From: Hyaloraphidium curvatum SAG 235-1
Taxonomy: Eukaryota > Fungi > Monoblepharomycota
Reading direction: 5' to 3'
DNA length: 64,000 bases
Assembly: GCA_025558095.1 (NCBI GenBank)
Contig: JAIVFI010000033.1
Location: 499,940 to 563,939 of the forward strand
Within the stretch, counting starts at the first letter, position 1, and each line of letters starts with the position of its first letter. The notes under the pieces were generated by a model. That model worked only from the letters and a program-made list of their open reading frames with translations, was not told the DNA's origin and did no database searches. Positions 11,760 to 23,878 of the stretch are shown one piece after another. A program made the position numbers and the translations under genes.

Positions 11760-14120
11760 TCAAGACCCCTGGACGCAGGTGATCCCGTCCCCGACGAACC
11801 CCTTGTTGCACGCGCACGCCGCCGTCCCGCCCACGTCCGTGCACGTCGCATCCTTCGAGCACCCGCCGTTGCCGTTCACGCACGGGTTCGGACACCCCTC
11901 CGTCAGCGGGCACGACGCCCCGGGCCGCACGCCGAGGGCCGCCTCCGCCCTGGCCTCCCGATGATTGGTGCACCCGGCGTGGAGGTAGCAGATCCCGTCG
12001 AGGGGGTCGAAGAGTACGAGCTCGCAGTCCTTGCGAGCCAGGCACGCCGACTCGCAGTCCGCGGGGGTCGACTGGTTGACCTGGGCGAGGGGCTGGGGGC
12101 AGCACGTGCGGCCGAGGCCGCAGCTGGCAAAGGTCGGCAGGCTGTTGGGAGCGCAGACGATGCCGTTGCCGGCGAACCCGGATCGGCAGGCGCACACGGC
12201 TGTGCCGGCGTTGTTGGTGCACGTGGCGTTGGCGTGGCACCCGCCGTTGCTGGTCGCGCAGGGGTCCGCGGGCGTGCAGGTGCGGCCGTCGCCGACGAAG
12301 CCCGATCGGCAGGCGCAGGCCGCCGTCCCCTTGCTGTTGGTGCAGGTCGCGTCCGCGCTGCATCCGCCGTTGTTCGTTTCGCAAGGGTTCGGGACGGAGC
12401 AGGTCCGCCCGTCCCCCACGAAGCCGGCGCGGCACGTGCACACGGCCGTCCCCTTGTTGTTCGTGCAGGTCGCCTGCGTGTCGCAGCCCCCATTGTTCTT
12501 GAGGCACGGGTTGGGCCTGATGTTGCAGACCCGCCCGTTGCCGGTGTACCCCGCGTTGCACGCACAGGTCACCGCCGTCGCCGATGTCGCCGTGCACCGC
12601 GCGTTCCTCGAGCACCCGCCGTTGCCCGTCGAGCACGGGTTGGTGCACGTCCTGCCGTTCCCGAAGAACCCGGCGTTGCACGCGCACCGCGTCGTCCCCG
12701 CGGCCGTCAGCGAGCACGTCGCGTTCCTGGCGCACCCGCCGTTGCGCACGGTGCACAGCGACGCGCACCGCCGCCCGGTGCCGGTGTACCCGGGGCGGCA
12801 GCGGCACGAGGCGCCGCCCGAGGGGGTCGCGGTGCAGGTGGCGAAGGGGGAGCAGGGCCCGTTGCGGTGGCACGGGTTGCGGAGGCAGGTGGCCCAGCCG
12901 GTGCCGGTGCCGGTGCCGGGGCAGTCGCAGTTGACGAAGCCGCCGACCAGTGAGCAGGTCGCGTTGGCGTTGCATCCGCCGCGCTCGATCGAGCACGGGT
13001 TGGCCAGCGTGTTGCGCGGGGTCGGCGCGATGTTCCAGATGAAGTTCCACACGTCCGAGTTGATCACCTTGCCGCCGTTGACGCTCGGGCGCTCCCAGTT
13101 GAAGACGCCGACGATGTAGCCTGCGAGTCGGGGGTCAGCGTGAGAAGGAGAAGCCGAAGGGACGGGGCGGGACCCACGCTGGTTGTCGCTCTGCCGCATC
13201 ACCCAGATCGGACTGCCCGACTGGCCGGGCCAGAGGTCGCACATGGTGTTGAACTCGTCGTCCGAGCCGTCCCAATCGCCGTGCGGGCAGCCCGTCCTGA
13301 ACATGGCCACGCCGTTCCCCCGGTCGCCCGGGTACCCCGCCGTGTTGATGGGCCCGTTGTAGTCCACCTCGGAGGACATGCCCATCCAGCCCGTGCGGTC
13401 GCCGATCGGCACCGCGAGCTCGACCAGCGCCCAGTCGTACGGCGTGGTGGGCGAGTAGCCGACCTGCGCCTCCTGGATGAAGCGGCTCGGAACCCACCAC
13501 CCGGTCGCCCAGACGCGGCCGTACGGCCATGTGTCGGTGTCCCGGCCGGGGAAGACCCAGATGTTGTCCACGAACCCGGGCATGATCCCTGTCGCAAGGG
13601 GGGTTCAGCGGTTGGTGTCACGATGTGGAGTTTCCACGGGCCACCAAGGCTTACCGCGTGCATTGTTGCGGGGGAAGTAGACGCAATGGGCTGACGTGAG
13701 GATGAAGTAGCGATGGATGACGGCGCCGGAGCAGGATCCCCCGGTGCGGCCGAGCCAGCGCGACATCTGAAGGTTCACGATCGTGCGCCAGGGGTGCTGC
13801 GTCAGGAGCGCGGCAGGGACGCGCAGGCGGTCGTCGGTGCCAAAGATGGTGTTCGGAGCGAGGGGAGCGAGGGTGGCGTTGACCGGCTCGGCGACCGTGG
13901 GGACGCGGCCGCCGGGGGTAATCGAGGCGGCGCTGGGCAGCAGGTCGAGCACGGGCGCGCCGGGGGTGAAGCCGGCGACGGCGGAGGGCGGCGGCGCGGT
14001 GCCCAAGGGGAGCACGGCGCCCTTGTTGGAGACCGGCGCCCACGGGTCTTCGGCCGGCGCGGCATCGCCGCCCGCCGCGAGCAGCACGAAAATCAGGAAG
14101 AAGACATTCATTCTCGACAT
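11760..14120 (-). CDS. Secreted V8/glutamyl-endopeptidase-like serine protease with 8 EGF repeats and a PAN/apple-like module
   Basis: Signal peptide, IFGTDDR, CSGAVI..ILTSAHC, YDWALVEL, AGYPGD, GQSGSP catalytic motifs. EGF repeats NPC..NGGC..ATC...C.C..G(F/Y).GNG..C. Two introns. Confidence 0.88.
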
Positions 14121-14555
14121 CGCCGCGGGCGCGGCATCGGCGTGCCGGCTCGTTAAGTGTCCTCGAACGGCATCCCCCACAGCGGCACAGCGTCAGTCAT
14201 TGCGTCCCCCGTCAGCACCGCCCGCCACACATCGATCGCATCGAGCTCCCGTAAAATGCAATGAAAGACCATGCCTTGCACTTTCGAAAACCATTGGATG
14301 GCTCCAGGACCGCAATTGGTTCAGGATTTGCCTGGAAATGCGAGCGCGGTCGGAGTTGCCACAACGACCCAGCAAATCGGCCGCTCGAATCAGGATGACT
14401 GCTGAGGCACCCCGACGGCACAGCCAGAGGACCCCGAGCGCTGTGCCGATAGTCCACTGGACGATGCGGAGTCGGAGAGGGGGGTTTGGACGAAGCGCCC
14501 GTCGGGACTCGACGAAGGGCGTTTCACGTAGTCCCAAGAGAGGTCGACACACCCG

Positions 14556-15511
14556 TCAAAAGATCTTGGCTGATCCTAGGGCGTCGGCCACCGCGTAGAC
14601 TTGTTCGTTGTTTCCGGCCCTCGACGATGCCGTGGTCCCGGTCGTTCCGAAGACCACATCCTTGGTGCCAGGCTGCGCGACATTTCGAAGCCGGACTTCA
14701 GCCGCGACACCTGAGGAAAGCCAGACATGCACCTGACCTCGTAAAGCACGCTCCAGAAGCTCCTCGTCCTGCCCTCCACCATCTTCGACAGGTCCTTGTC
14801 CGCAGGCCAGCTGGCCTTGCACCTGCGCCTCGCCCCGGGTATCTGCATGTTGTCCAAGACCTGAACTTCGACGCCAGGGTACGATCCACCCCTCCCTCCC
14901 CCGTGACACTCCCTGCGTGCGCGGGACATGGCGCGCCCGATCCAGTCCTCCCACGGTCTCTCCCCGTCGTCGAGCGGCCGCGAATGCCACTCCCCCGGCA
15001 TGTCCACCTCCACGACCTCGCAGAACCACCTCGATCCCGGCGGGTAGATACCGTCGCGGATGTCGACCAGGGTCTTGGAGTACATGATCTTCAGGACCGC
15101 CTTTCCCTCCCTGCAGGGGAGGGGCCCGAACATGCGGCCCGTCCCGTCCGGGAAGACGACCCCGCTCGCGTAGCACTTTTCGGGGTGGCCGGGCTTGTAG
15201 CGCATCTCGGTGTATCGCGGCTCGGGAAGCTCCCGGCCCCGCCGCGACGAGCGGGCGAGCTCCACCACGAACGTGGGGCGCGACCCAGGACCGTCGCCGG
15301 AGAGGTACTCGAACGAGCCGTCCGCGAAGGATCGGTAGGCGCAGAATCGGATATGGGCGTGTTCGCCGGCAACAGACTCGACGAAGGCGCCGACGGCGCC
15401 CGGCGAGCCGAAAGAGGCGCGGACGACCGGCGCGACGGTGGTACGAGCGTCGTCTTCCGCAGGCCCGGCAGCAGGCGGCGCGCTGTTAGGAGTAGCTTGA
15501 CTGGCGCTCAT
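14556..15511 (-). CDS. Hypothetical protein, family X copy 1
   Basis: Paralog of 18317-19281: HIRFCAYRSF..G.FEY, YTEMRYKPGHPEKCY.SGVV.PDG, YPPG, GEWHSRP, FWSVLYE|PG. Same intron position in both copies. Confidence 0.7.
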
Positions 15512-15699
15512 GGCTTGCGAAGAGGAGGAAGTGCGGCAGTGGGAGGTGAGGTGTCGATGTTGATGTGGCAAGCCGGAAGCACAAAGATCACTCCATCAAG
15601 CGAAGCAGCCCAATCATTATCGACAAGAAAGGATTGGCATTAAACAACAGAACGACGACTACTTCCAAGCTCGAACGATGCCCAGAAAACCTGTACATA

Positions 15700-18053
15700 T
15701 CACAACGCGTCGAGGACCCGCTTCAGCTCGTCCGCCACCTCCCCGAAAGCTGGTCGATCGGCAGCATCCATCGCCCAGCACCTCTGCATGAGCCCCCAGG
15801 TGGCATCCGGGATCCCGCGCGACCGCTCGGGCCGGAACCCTGGGTCGCTGCGGAGCCGCGCACCAAAGGCCTCCAGGTCGACGCCGTGTCCAGGGATCAT
15901 CAGCTCCTCGTCCATGAGCTCGTCGCCCAGGGGGATGTCGCCTTCGGAGAGGAGCTCCCACATGGTCATGCCAAAGGCGTAGACGTCCGTCGCTGTGCCC
16001 GGCTTTGGCCTCGGCCTCGCGAATGCTGACACGGTAAGAAGGGTCAGCAACAGGAGAATGTGGTCTAGCACGCCAACGATCACCCACTCTCGGGGGCCAT
16101 GAACACCGGCGTCCCGCCAGACCGCTTCGTGGAGTGCAGCGAGGCCGTCGCCCGGATCTTCGACATCCCAAAGTCAGAGATCTTGGCGACGCCGTTCTCG
16201 TCCACGAGCACGTTGTCGCCCTTGAGATCGAGGTGCAGGATCGGCGTCGGCAGGGAGTGCAGATGGTTCATCCCGAGCGCCACCTGGAAGAGGAGCCGGT
16301 GCACCGCGTGCGGCTCGTAGGCCTTCGGCTTGAGCCGGGAGAGGTATACCTTGGACGTGCCGCCGGACATGAGCAGCGTGACGAGACACAGTGGTTTGCG
16401 GCACCATCCCATCAGAGGCAAAACTGGGAATCCCGGCATTAGTTCGTCGTTGAACGACTGGTAATCGGCGGACCCACCATTGATGTGATACGGAAGCCGC
16501 GACCACACGTCCATCTCCCGTTCGAGCTCCACTATGGCCCTCTCGAGCTGCCGGCCCGACAGGTTGGAACCGTGAATCATCTTCAGGGCCACCTTGGTGT
16601 GCTTCTGGTACGTGCCCTCGATCACTGTCCCGAAGCCCCCAGCTCCGAGATAATCACCCCGCTGGAGGTGGCTCGGGTCGATCTCATAGCTTCTCCCGGC
16701 ACTGCCGCCCTCGCCCGCGGGAGAGGCGGGGTCCGTCGCTGAGCGCGGGATGATTGGGGGTTCGCCTCCGCTGCCGCCGCGGGCCTGCTTGGCCTTCTCC
16801 TCGGTCTCGGCCAATTTGCGCTCCACCTCTTGCTCCCGCACCCTCAGCTCCTCAAGCCGACGGGCTATCTCTGCCTCCCGTGCCTGCGCCTGCCGCGCCC
16901 GAGCCTCTTCCTCGAGCTGCTGTTGCTTCCTCCTGTGAGCTTCGGCCTCGTCGGCTTCGCGGTGCCGCTGCAACGCGGCCTGCCGCTCCGCCTCAAGCCG
17001 CTGCTTCTCGGCCTGTCGCGCCCGCTCAGCAGCCTGCAGTTGGTCAGCCTCCCGGCGTCCATCCGCGTCGAGGTTCCTTCGTCTCTGCAGCGCCCTTTCA
17101 TTCCTGCTAGGATCCTCGACGGCCTTCTTGATCTGCTCAAGCAGGCCGCTGGAAACTCTGTTGTTGGCCAAGTCGAGCTCCTTCAGGGACGAGTTGAGCT
17201 CGAGCGCAGAGAGGAGCGCCTGTCCGCCGTTCTCCCCGATGCTGTTATAGGCCAGATAAAGCTTAGTCAATGCCATGTTCTTCATCAGCATCTCGGCCAG
17301 AGCGCGGGCACCCCTATCGCCGATTGAGTTGCCGGTGAGGTTCAAATAGCTCAGCGCTGCGTTCCCCTTCAATGCTTCCGCGAGTGCGCCGGCGCGGCTG
17401 TCCCCAATAGATTCGCCTCGCGCAACGAGCTCTGTCTTACCCGCCAGGCGGGTGACCCAGTACGTAGCATGGTCCCTTGTAGGGCCGGGAGCCGTGGTTT
17501 TTTGGACGCCTATCTGCCGGTGCGGCTCGACCTCCCTAGAATGCTCGGCAACGAGGCCCCTCCTCGCCTGCAGTGCCCTCTCCTTCCTGCCCCAATTGGT
17601 GACGGCATTATTGATCTCCCAGAGCAGGGAGAGGGAAATCCGATTGCCGTCCACGTTGAGATCATTCAGGGAGAGATTGTGCTCGAGCGCGGAAAGGAGT
17701 GCCCGGCCGCCGGCGTCGTGAATCCCGTTGTTGCGCAGGTCCAGATAAGTAAGCGTCGAGTTTCCTTTCAGAAACTCTGCGAGTGCGCGAGCGCCCTGGT
17801 CTCCGATGAAGTTGCCGCTCAGATTCAGAGACTTAAGCGCCGTGTTCCCCTTCAGTGCTTCCGCGAGTGCGCCGGCGCGGCTGTCTCCGATAGATTCACC
17901 TTGCGCAACGAGCTCGCTCTTGCCCGCCAGCCTGGCGACCCAGTACGAGGCATGTTCCTTTGTCGGGCCGCCGGGCGCATTCGAGGTCGTCCCCGCCGAG
18001 CGCCGCGCATCTTTGTCCTCCTTCGCGCGCCCGATCCCGAAGAACTTCTTCAT
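15700..18053 (-). CDS. LRR-coiled coil-TKL kinase, copy 2 (apparently intact)
   Basis: Two tandem capped LRR modules (HA.YWV.RLAGK.EL + 3 LRRs + ERALQ), E/R/Q coiled coil, GAGGFGTV, VALK, HLDLKGDN, DFG, APE, DVYAFG, CWAMDAADRPAF. Two introns restore the frame. Confidence 0.88.
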
Positions 18054-18316
18054 CGCGGCCCTGCAGCGGCCCCAGAGCGCTCCAAAAAGGCCTGCGACCG
18101 AGTGCCTGCGTGCCTGACTGACTGACTTTCGAGGAAGGGGTTTTCAGGGACCTTCATCTCGTCCCCCACGGGTAACCGGATTGGCCCGGATTTGCTGTAG
18201 AGCCATGCAAAGCATCTCCGTTGCCGGTTCGACGATCGTTTCCGGTCTGTTGTGGTACACGGCAGCAAGTCTCGAGGCCAGCTGGGGTCGGCCACATTGA
18301 TTGTACTGGCCAGCGC

Positions 18317-19281
18317 TCATCCGATTCTGGCGCCAGCCAACGCATCCGCAAGCACCTCCGCATCCTCCGTCCCCGCGGCCCCGCCCTGGATCCCGGTCGC
18401 CTCCCTCGCAGCGCCGGCGTATATTGCATCCGCGGCACCGGGCTGAATCCAAGTCGAATGTGAGTAACACCATTTGCCGACGAGCTCCGCGGCCGACGAA
18501 CCTCGTAGAATACGCTCCAGAACTGCCTCAATCCGTCGTCCACGAGCCGCGCCAGCTCCTTGTCCCGCGGCCAGGCGGACTTGCAACCCCTTGAAGGCAT
18601 CCGGGCATAGTCCACGACCCGCACCTCCACCCCCGGGCGCGCACCGAACCCGGTCCTCGAGCACGCCGACCTCGCCCTCGACAGCTCGTCTGCGAGCCAT
18701 CTTCCCCACGGCGAGCCGCCCTCCCGGGGGCGGGAACGCCACTCCCCTGCCACGGGAAGATCCACTACGTCGTAGACGAACTGCGTCCCAGGAGGATACT
18801 TGCCCGCGTCGACAGCGTTGCGGGTGAGCACGCCGATGGTGCGCAGGAGGCCCTTCCCGGCGGAGCAGTGGATCCCGGCGTGGGTGAGCTGGCGGCCGTC
18901 GGGGAGCACCACGCCGCCGACGTAGTGCTTCTCGGGGCGGCCGGGAAGGTACCGCATCTCGGTGTACTTCGGTGACGCGAGGTGGTTCTTGCCGCTCTGC
19001 GTCAACAGCGACATCTCCACGACGAAATCCGGCCGCGAACCCCCGGCGTCGACGTATTCGTAGTTCCCGTTGGGGAAGACCTTGTAGGCGCAGAAGCGGA
19101 GGTGCGCGTGCAGGGCAACGGACGATTCGACGAAGGAAGAGAGCGCCGCCGGGAGGCCGAACCTCGCGCGCGGCTCGGGGTCGACGGCGGGCGGCGCGGG
19201 CAAGGCGCGCGCGGCATCGGCGCAGCCGGGGACTTCGGCGGAGAGCACATCATGATTTTTCGCGAGCCGGTGGGCGGCCAT
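18317..19281 (-). CDS. Hypothetical protein, family X copy 2
   Basis: HLRFCAYKVF..GNYEY, YTEMRYLPGRPEKHYVGGVVLPDG, FWSVFYE|PG; paralog of 14556-15511. Start codon uncertain. Confidence 0.7.
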
Positions 19282-19451
19282 CGCGCGGAGTAACCGGGGG
19301 GAGGGAACGGAGTTTGACGCTCTGGCGGTGACGTGGCGCGTGGCGCGAGTGAGGTGGAACATTCCGCTCATCCGATCTAAACAGCGGCTCTCCACAGAGT
19401 ATAGTTTGGAATTCCATTTGCCGCGACAGAGCAATAGGACCAACTACCCAG

Positions 19452-22341
19452 CTACGAACCGTGTACCCTGAGCTTCCTCCCTGTCACCGACCCCTCGGGC
19501 CACACCGTCATCTCGAGCCGTACCAACAACGTCTCCTCCCGCACCACCTCCGACCTCTTCCTCCGGAAGGCCGGGTTCCAGTACTCTACCCTCACGGACA
19601 TCTCGATCTGCACCCGCGTCGGCCCGGCGGTGTCCACCCCTTCCTGCAGCACATCCACGCTCGCGAGTCTGCCCACGTTGACCCTGACCCCCACCCGCGA
19701 GCAGGTGGTCCCCGAATCCGTACCGGCGTCCGGGCCCCACCAGCACTGGTTCGGGTCGTACAGAATGGCCGAACCCGTGGGGGGGAACGACAGGGAGGCA
19801 CCCAACGTCGTCCGGGCGCCACTTAGCCACAGCACGCGGCGGCGCCAGGGGCCCTGCGGGCGGTCCGGGAGCACGAGCGTCGCCTGCCGGATGCGTACGA
19901 CCCAGATAGTTGCCGAGGTCCGCACGCGGATGGCCCACAATGCCCAGTCGCCGGGGTATATCGGGTTTGCGCCGGAGACGATCTCCGCCGTCGCCGTGGG
20001 AGCGGCCACCGCGCCCGCCACGTTCCTGTTGGCATGGCACCATCCGTCCGGCTCCGCAATCGCCGCTTCGACCTGGAACCGGGGGAGCTCCGGGCACGGC
20101 AGATCGCAGCGGGGCGCGAAGCTGACGCCGTAGGTCCCGACCGCACCGCACCCTTCCGCGACGGCTACGACGATGCTTCCCGCCACCGACTCGGTGGTAT
20201 CTGCAGGCTCCCGCGAGACGTCCACGCTCCACGCAAAGTCCCCGGCTAGAACCTGCCACTGCCCCGGCGTGGCCGAGTCGTAAAAGTACGACGCGCCAGG
20301 CTCGAGGTCTGGCGAGCCCGCGGCGGGGCCGGACGTCGAGAAGCCCCAGAGGACATCCGGCCACAGCGTGGAACACGGGCCGATCACGACGGCGTACCGG
20401 TGCCCGTGGCGGAGGGTGACAGCGGCGAGCGGTTCGGGCGCGAGGAACGGGATCGCCGGGTTCGTGTTGATGTCGGGATGGCCGAAAGACCCGATTGTTC
20501 CTGTGGCGAGCGGAGTGCCGGACGGAGGGGCGGGCTGCAGGCCCGAAGAGGCACTATACAGGGCCACGGGGCAGTCGAAGCTCTCGGGGAAGAGGCCCGA
20601 TGCGAGGGTGATGCGATCCAGGCGGAGGTTGGAGGAGGAGCCGACCGTGAAGGTGGCCGCAGCGACGCCGGAAGCAATGGATCGGTTGCCAGCCACGGTC
20701 ATGGAGCTTCCGTCCAGGGCGGCGTTCACGCCGACGAAGATGGGTGATTCCACCTCGAGGTCGAAGAACCAGTAGGCGCCGTTGCCCTCCGTGAGCCATG
20801 GCGACCCCGGCCCGTCTCTCCAAAGCCCAAACGAAGCGTCGTAACCGTTGCTCTCGAGAACAATGGCCGAGACGTCGCCCCAAATGTCGGGGCTCAACCA
20901 GACGTTGGAAGAAATCTGGCTGCAGCCCAGCATCGCCACCGCGTACGATGTCCGGGGCTGCATCACATAAGCCGTGATCTGCGGGAGGATCTGCCTGTCG
21001 AGCTCGGAAATGCGTAAGCCCAAACCGTTGGTTGAAGCAAACGCGGGCAGCACCACGCCCTGGTCCCGCGCGAGGAAGGTGGTGGTGGCCTCGTCCTGGA
21101 TCGTGCCGCCGGGCGCCAACACGAGGGCAAAGTCGCACACGGGGTTGAAGGCGCCGTTGTTGTTGAAGAAAGACGTGCGGAACGCCCGGATGCGGGAGGG
21201 GCCCGGGCCCGTGGTGAAGACGTAGGCGTAGTCGGGGTGGGGTATGCCGCCATACTCCGCGTAGCTGTCAAGGTGGAACATATTGATACCGTAGCCCCGC
21301 AGCAGGCTGGTAGTCGTGATCTGCCGAAGACTGCCGGTGAGGGCGCCGCGGCCACGGCATTCGAAGAAGGAGACCCACATCATCGCCCAGCACAGCCGGA
21401 GAGCCGGTGGAGGTGCCCAATGCCGGCATCATTGTGTAATCAAGCCGGGAGTAGGTTGCGTTGAACCCGAGGAACATCTTCGTGTCACCGCCCGGCTGGC
21501 CCGGGAAAGTCACGTTGAACGCCGAGAATCCGATCTGCTGCATGGCGTTGAAGGCCGAGTGGGAGGCGCGGAAGATGGCGTACATCTCCTCGGGGGTCAC
21601 CGTGCCCACGTAGACGCGGAAGTCGTCGGCCCAGCCGGGCCACGCCGTGTTAGCCGTGGTGCCGATCAAGGTCTGGGTGATGTCCGACATGTCGCCCACG
21701 CCGCTCATCACGGTGGCCCCGCCGACGTTGAGGCCGTTGATGTACATCCTGGCCTCCTTTCCGACGCTGGTGACGCCGACGTGGATCCACTTTGGCACCG
21801 ACGGGCTGCCGTAGATGTCGGGCGCGCCGGCCTGCAGGCTCTGCAGGTCGGTGCCGGTCCAGATGTCCGCCTCGAACCTGCCGAGGCCCACGCCGAGATA
21901 CAGCCGCGCGTCCCTGAAACCGGGCCCGATGGCGTCGATGAGAACCCCGCGCTCCTGGTCGCCGACGTGCGGCCAGATCCACGCGATGACGGCAAAGTCT
22001 TTGGTGCCGATGCCGTTGAGCAGGCCGTCGACGGCTATGCTGCTGCCTGGGTAGAGGGCGTCGCGGGCCGGCACCGAGCCTTGCAGCGGGTAGAAGTCGG
22101 CCACTCCCTGCCCGCCGCCGACCGTGCCGCCCGGGGCGGGCACGTTGCCGCGGCACGACACCACGCCGATGGCGGCATCGAAGGCGAGTCGCTCATACAA
22201 AATGGCCGACGAGAGCGTCGGGCCTTGCCCGTACGTGCAGTTGTGCCCGGCGTCGGCAAGGCGGAGCCGGGCGGACAGGGACACAAAGAGCGCCGCCGCC
22301 GCCAATCGCAGGCGCCCCCAAGGCCGCCGATGCGGGCCCAT
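19452..22341 (-). CDS. Secreted LamG/concanavalin-A-like domain protein, paralog A
   Basis: Signal peptide; LamG motifs FAVIAWIWP, KWIHVGVT...MYING, ADDFRVY; intron 21378-21321; ends RRKR...GRKLRVHGS. Confidence 0.82.
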
Positions 22342-22418
22342 CTCGGCGTCCTCCTACCGGGCGGCCACGCGTGAGCCGCCCGAGACCGGGCCGTAACACG
22401 GTGGGAAAAGAGGGTTGG

Positions 22419-22426
22419 GCTAAGCC
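22419..22426 (-). promoter_or_regulatory. GGCTTAGC upstream motif of LamG paralog A (shared by all four paralogs)
   Basis: The same 8-mer lies 85-90 nt upstream of the ATG in A, B (23789), C (39488) and D (42867). Confidence 0.55.
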
Positions 22427-22463
22427 CACCAGCCTGGGGCGGCGGCCTTGCGGGGGCCATATC

Positions 22464-22555
22464 AGACCCTGGCGATGACGCCCACCTTTTCGGCCCTCCC
22501 GGGAGCGTGGAAAGCCGAGTTCTTGATGCGTGAGCAAAGGAGTGGAAGCGATCAG
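22464..22555. repeat. Dispersed non-coding repeat, similar to 27247-27349
   Basis: agaccctggcgatgacg.ccacct...gagtggaagc...gatcag occurs in both places. Confidence 0.7.
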
Positions 22556-23411
22556 TGAGGTGTTGACTTCCAGGGCGGAAAGAAGCGCGCTGGCGCCCTC
22601 GTCCCCGATGGAGTTCAATTCCAGGTCCAGGCTGGTCAACGCCAAGTTCCTCTTCAGCGCGTCGGCGAGCGCGCGGGCACCCTCGACCCCGATGGAGTTC
22701 CTGTAGAGGTTCAGGGTCGTGAGCACCGAGTTGCCCTGCAATGCTTCCGAAAGCGCGCGGGCGCCCTCGCTGCCGATGGAGTTGCTCACAGGGACAGGCT
22801 CTCGAGCGCCTTGTTTCCCTTCAGCGCGTGCGCGAGCACGCGGGCCTCGCCGTCCCCAATGGAGTTGGTGGCCAGGCTCAGGATCTTGAGCGTCTTGTTC
22901 CCCTTCAGCGCCTCCGCGAGCGCGCGTGAACCCTCGAACCCGATGGAGTTGCCGCTTAGGTGCAGTGCCGTCAGCACCGAGTTGCCCTTGAACGCTTCGC
23001 CTAGCGCGCAGGCCTCCGTGTCGCCGAGTTGCTCGTACCCCGCCTGGAGCTCCGTCTGCCCCGTGAGCCTGGTGCGCCAGTGCGCGGGATCGGCCTTCGA
23101 CGTGGGGGCGAGCGCTTTCGGGGCTGGCGTCGGAACGGCGGAGAGTGGACCTGTGGTCGGAACCGGCGCCACGGGGGCAGTCGCGGCGGCCGGCTGCTGC
23201 TTGATGGCGCGGTTGATCTGTTGGAGGAGCGATGGGGATATGTCGTTGGAGCTCAAATCAAGCTCCACCAAGGATCGGTTCAGTTCGAGCGCCGAAAGGA
23301 GCGCGCGCGCGCCCTGGTCCCCGATGGAGTTGCGGCCCAGGTCCAGTTCCGTCAGTGTTGTGTTTCCCATGAGCACCTCTGCGAGTGCACGCGCGCCCAG
23401 GACCCCGATGG
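22556..23411 (-). pseudogene. LRR-kinase-family fragment (LRR modules only; 5'- and 3'-truncated, frameshifted)
   Basis: Begins mid-LRR, includes a C-cap, Pro-rich linker and N-cap DPAHWRTRL. 1-nt frameshift at ~22790 (CTG TGA GCA AC). Homology ends at NTSL where the 22464-22555 repeat begins. Confidence 0.75.
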
Positions 23412-23878
23412 CGGCGCGGGGATGGCGGGCGCGGCATCCGGCCAACCGGGGAGCTCTCGGCGGAGTGTACATCAGTCCCGAAGCACGTCAGCGGGTAAAG
23501 AGACGCGGCACCCTGCTTCTTCTGATCAACCCTGTTCCTGCTTGCGACAGGAATGGACACGAAGTTCTGGAGGTCAGCTCATCACATTTCCATCGCCGGA
23601 CTCGAAGCTTGGATGGCCGAATGGCGTATCAGGAAAGCGGCACAACCCAAGCCCACGAGGGCAAGAAGAGCCCGGGTCACCAAATGGCAGTCTACCGTCC
23701 TCTCCGCCCTAAGCGTGATTACTCTAGTGCAACTCAAAAATTGATGCGTCGCGTCAGCTTTTCGACCGAGTGGCGGCCGCGCGCACGGGGCTTAGCCGAA
23801 GTCCAAATCCCGAGTCAATCGATGCGCCTGCCGTACCGCCGGCCCAGGGGTTCCGGCGACGGGCCTAGGCGCGCCGCG

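Noticed and set aside
22811-23878. N-terminal 356 aa of the 1320-aa ORF suggesting a fusion protein
   Set aside because: It is the antisense of the LRR fragment plus intergenic DNA; paralog alignment puts the real start at 23879.
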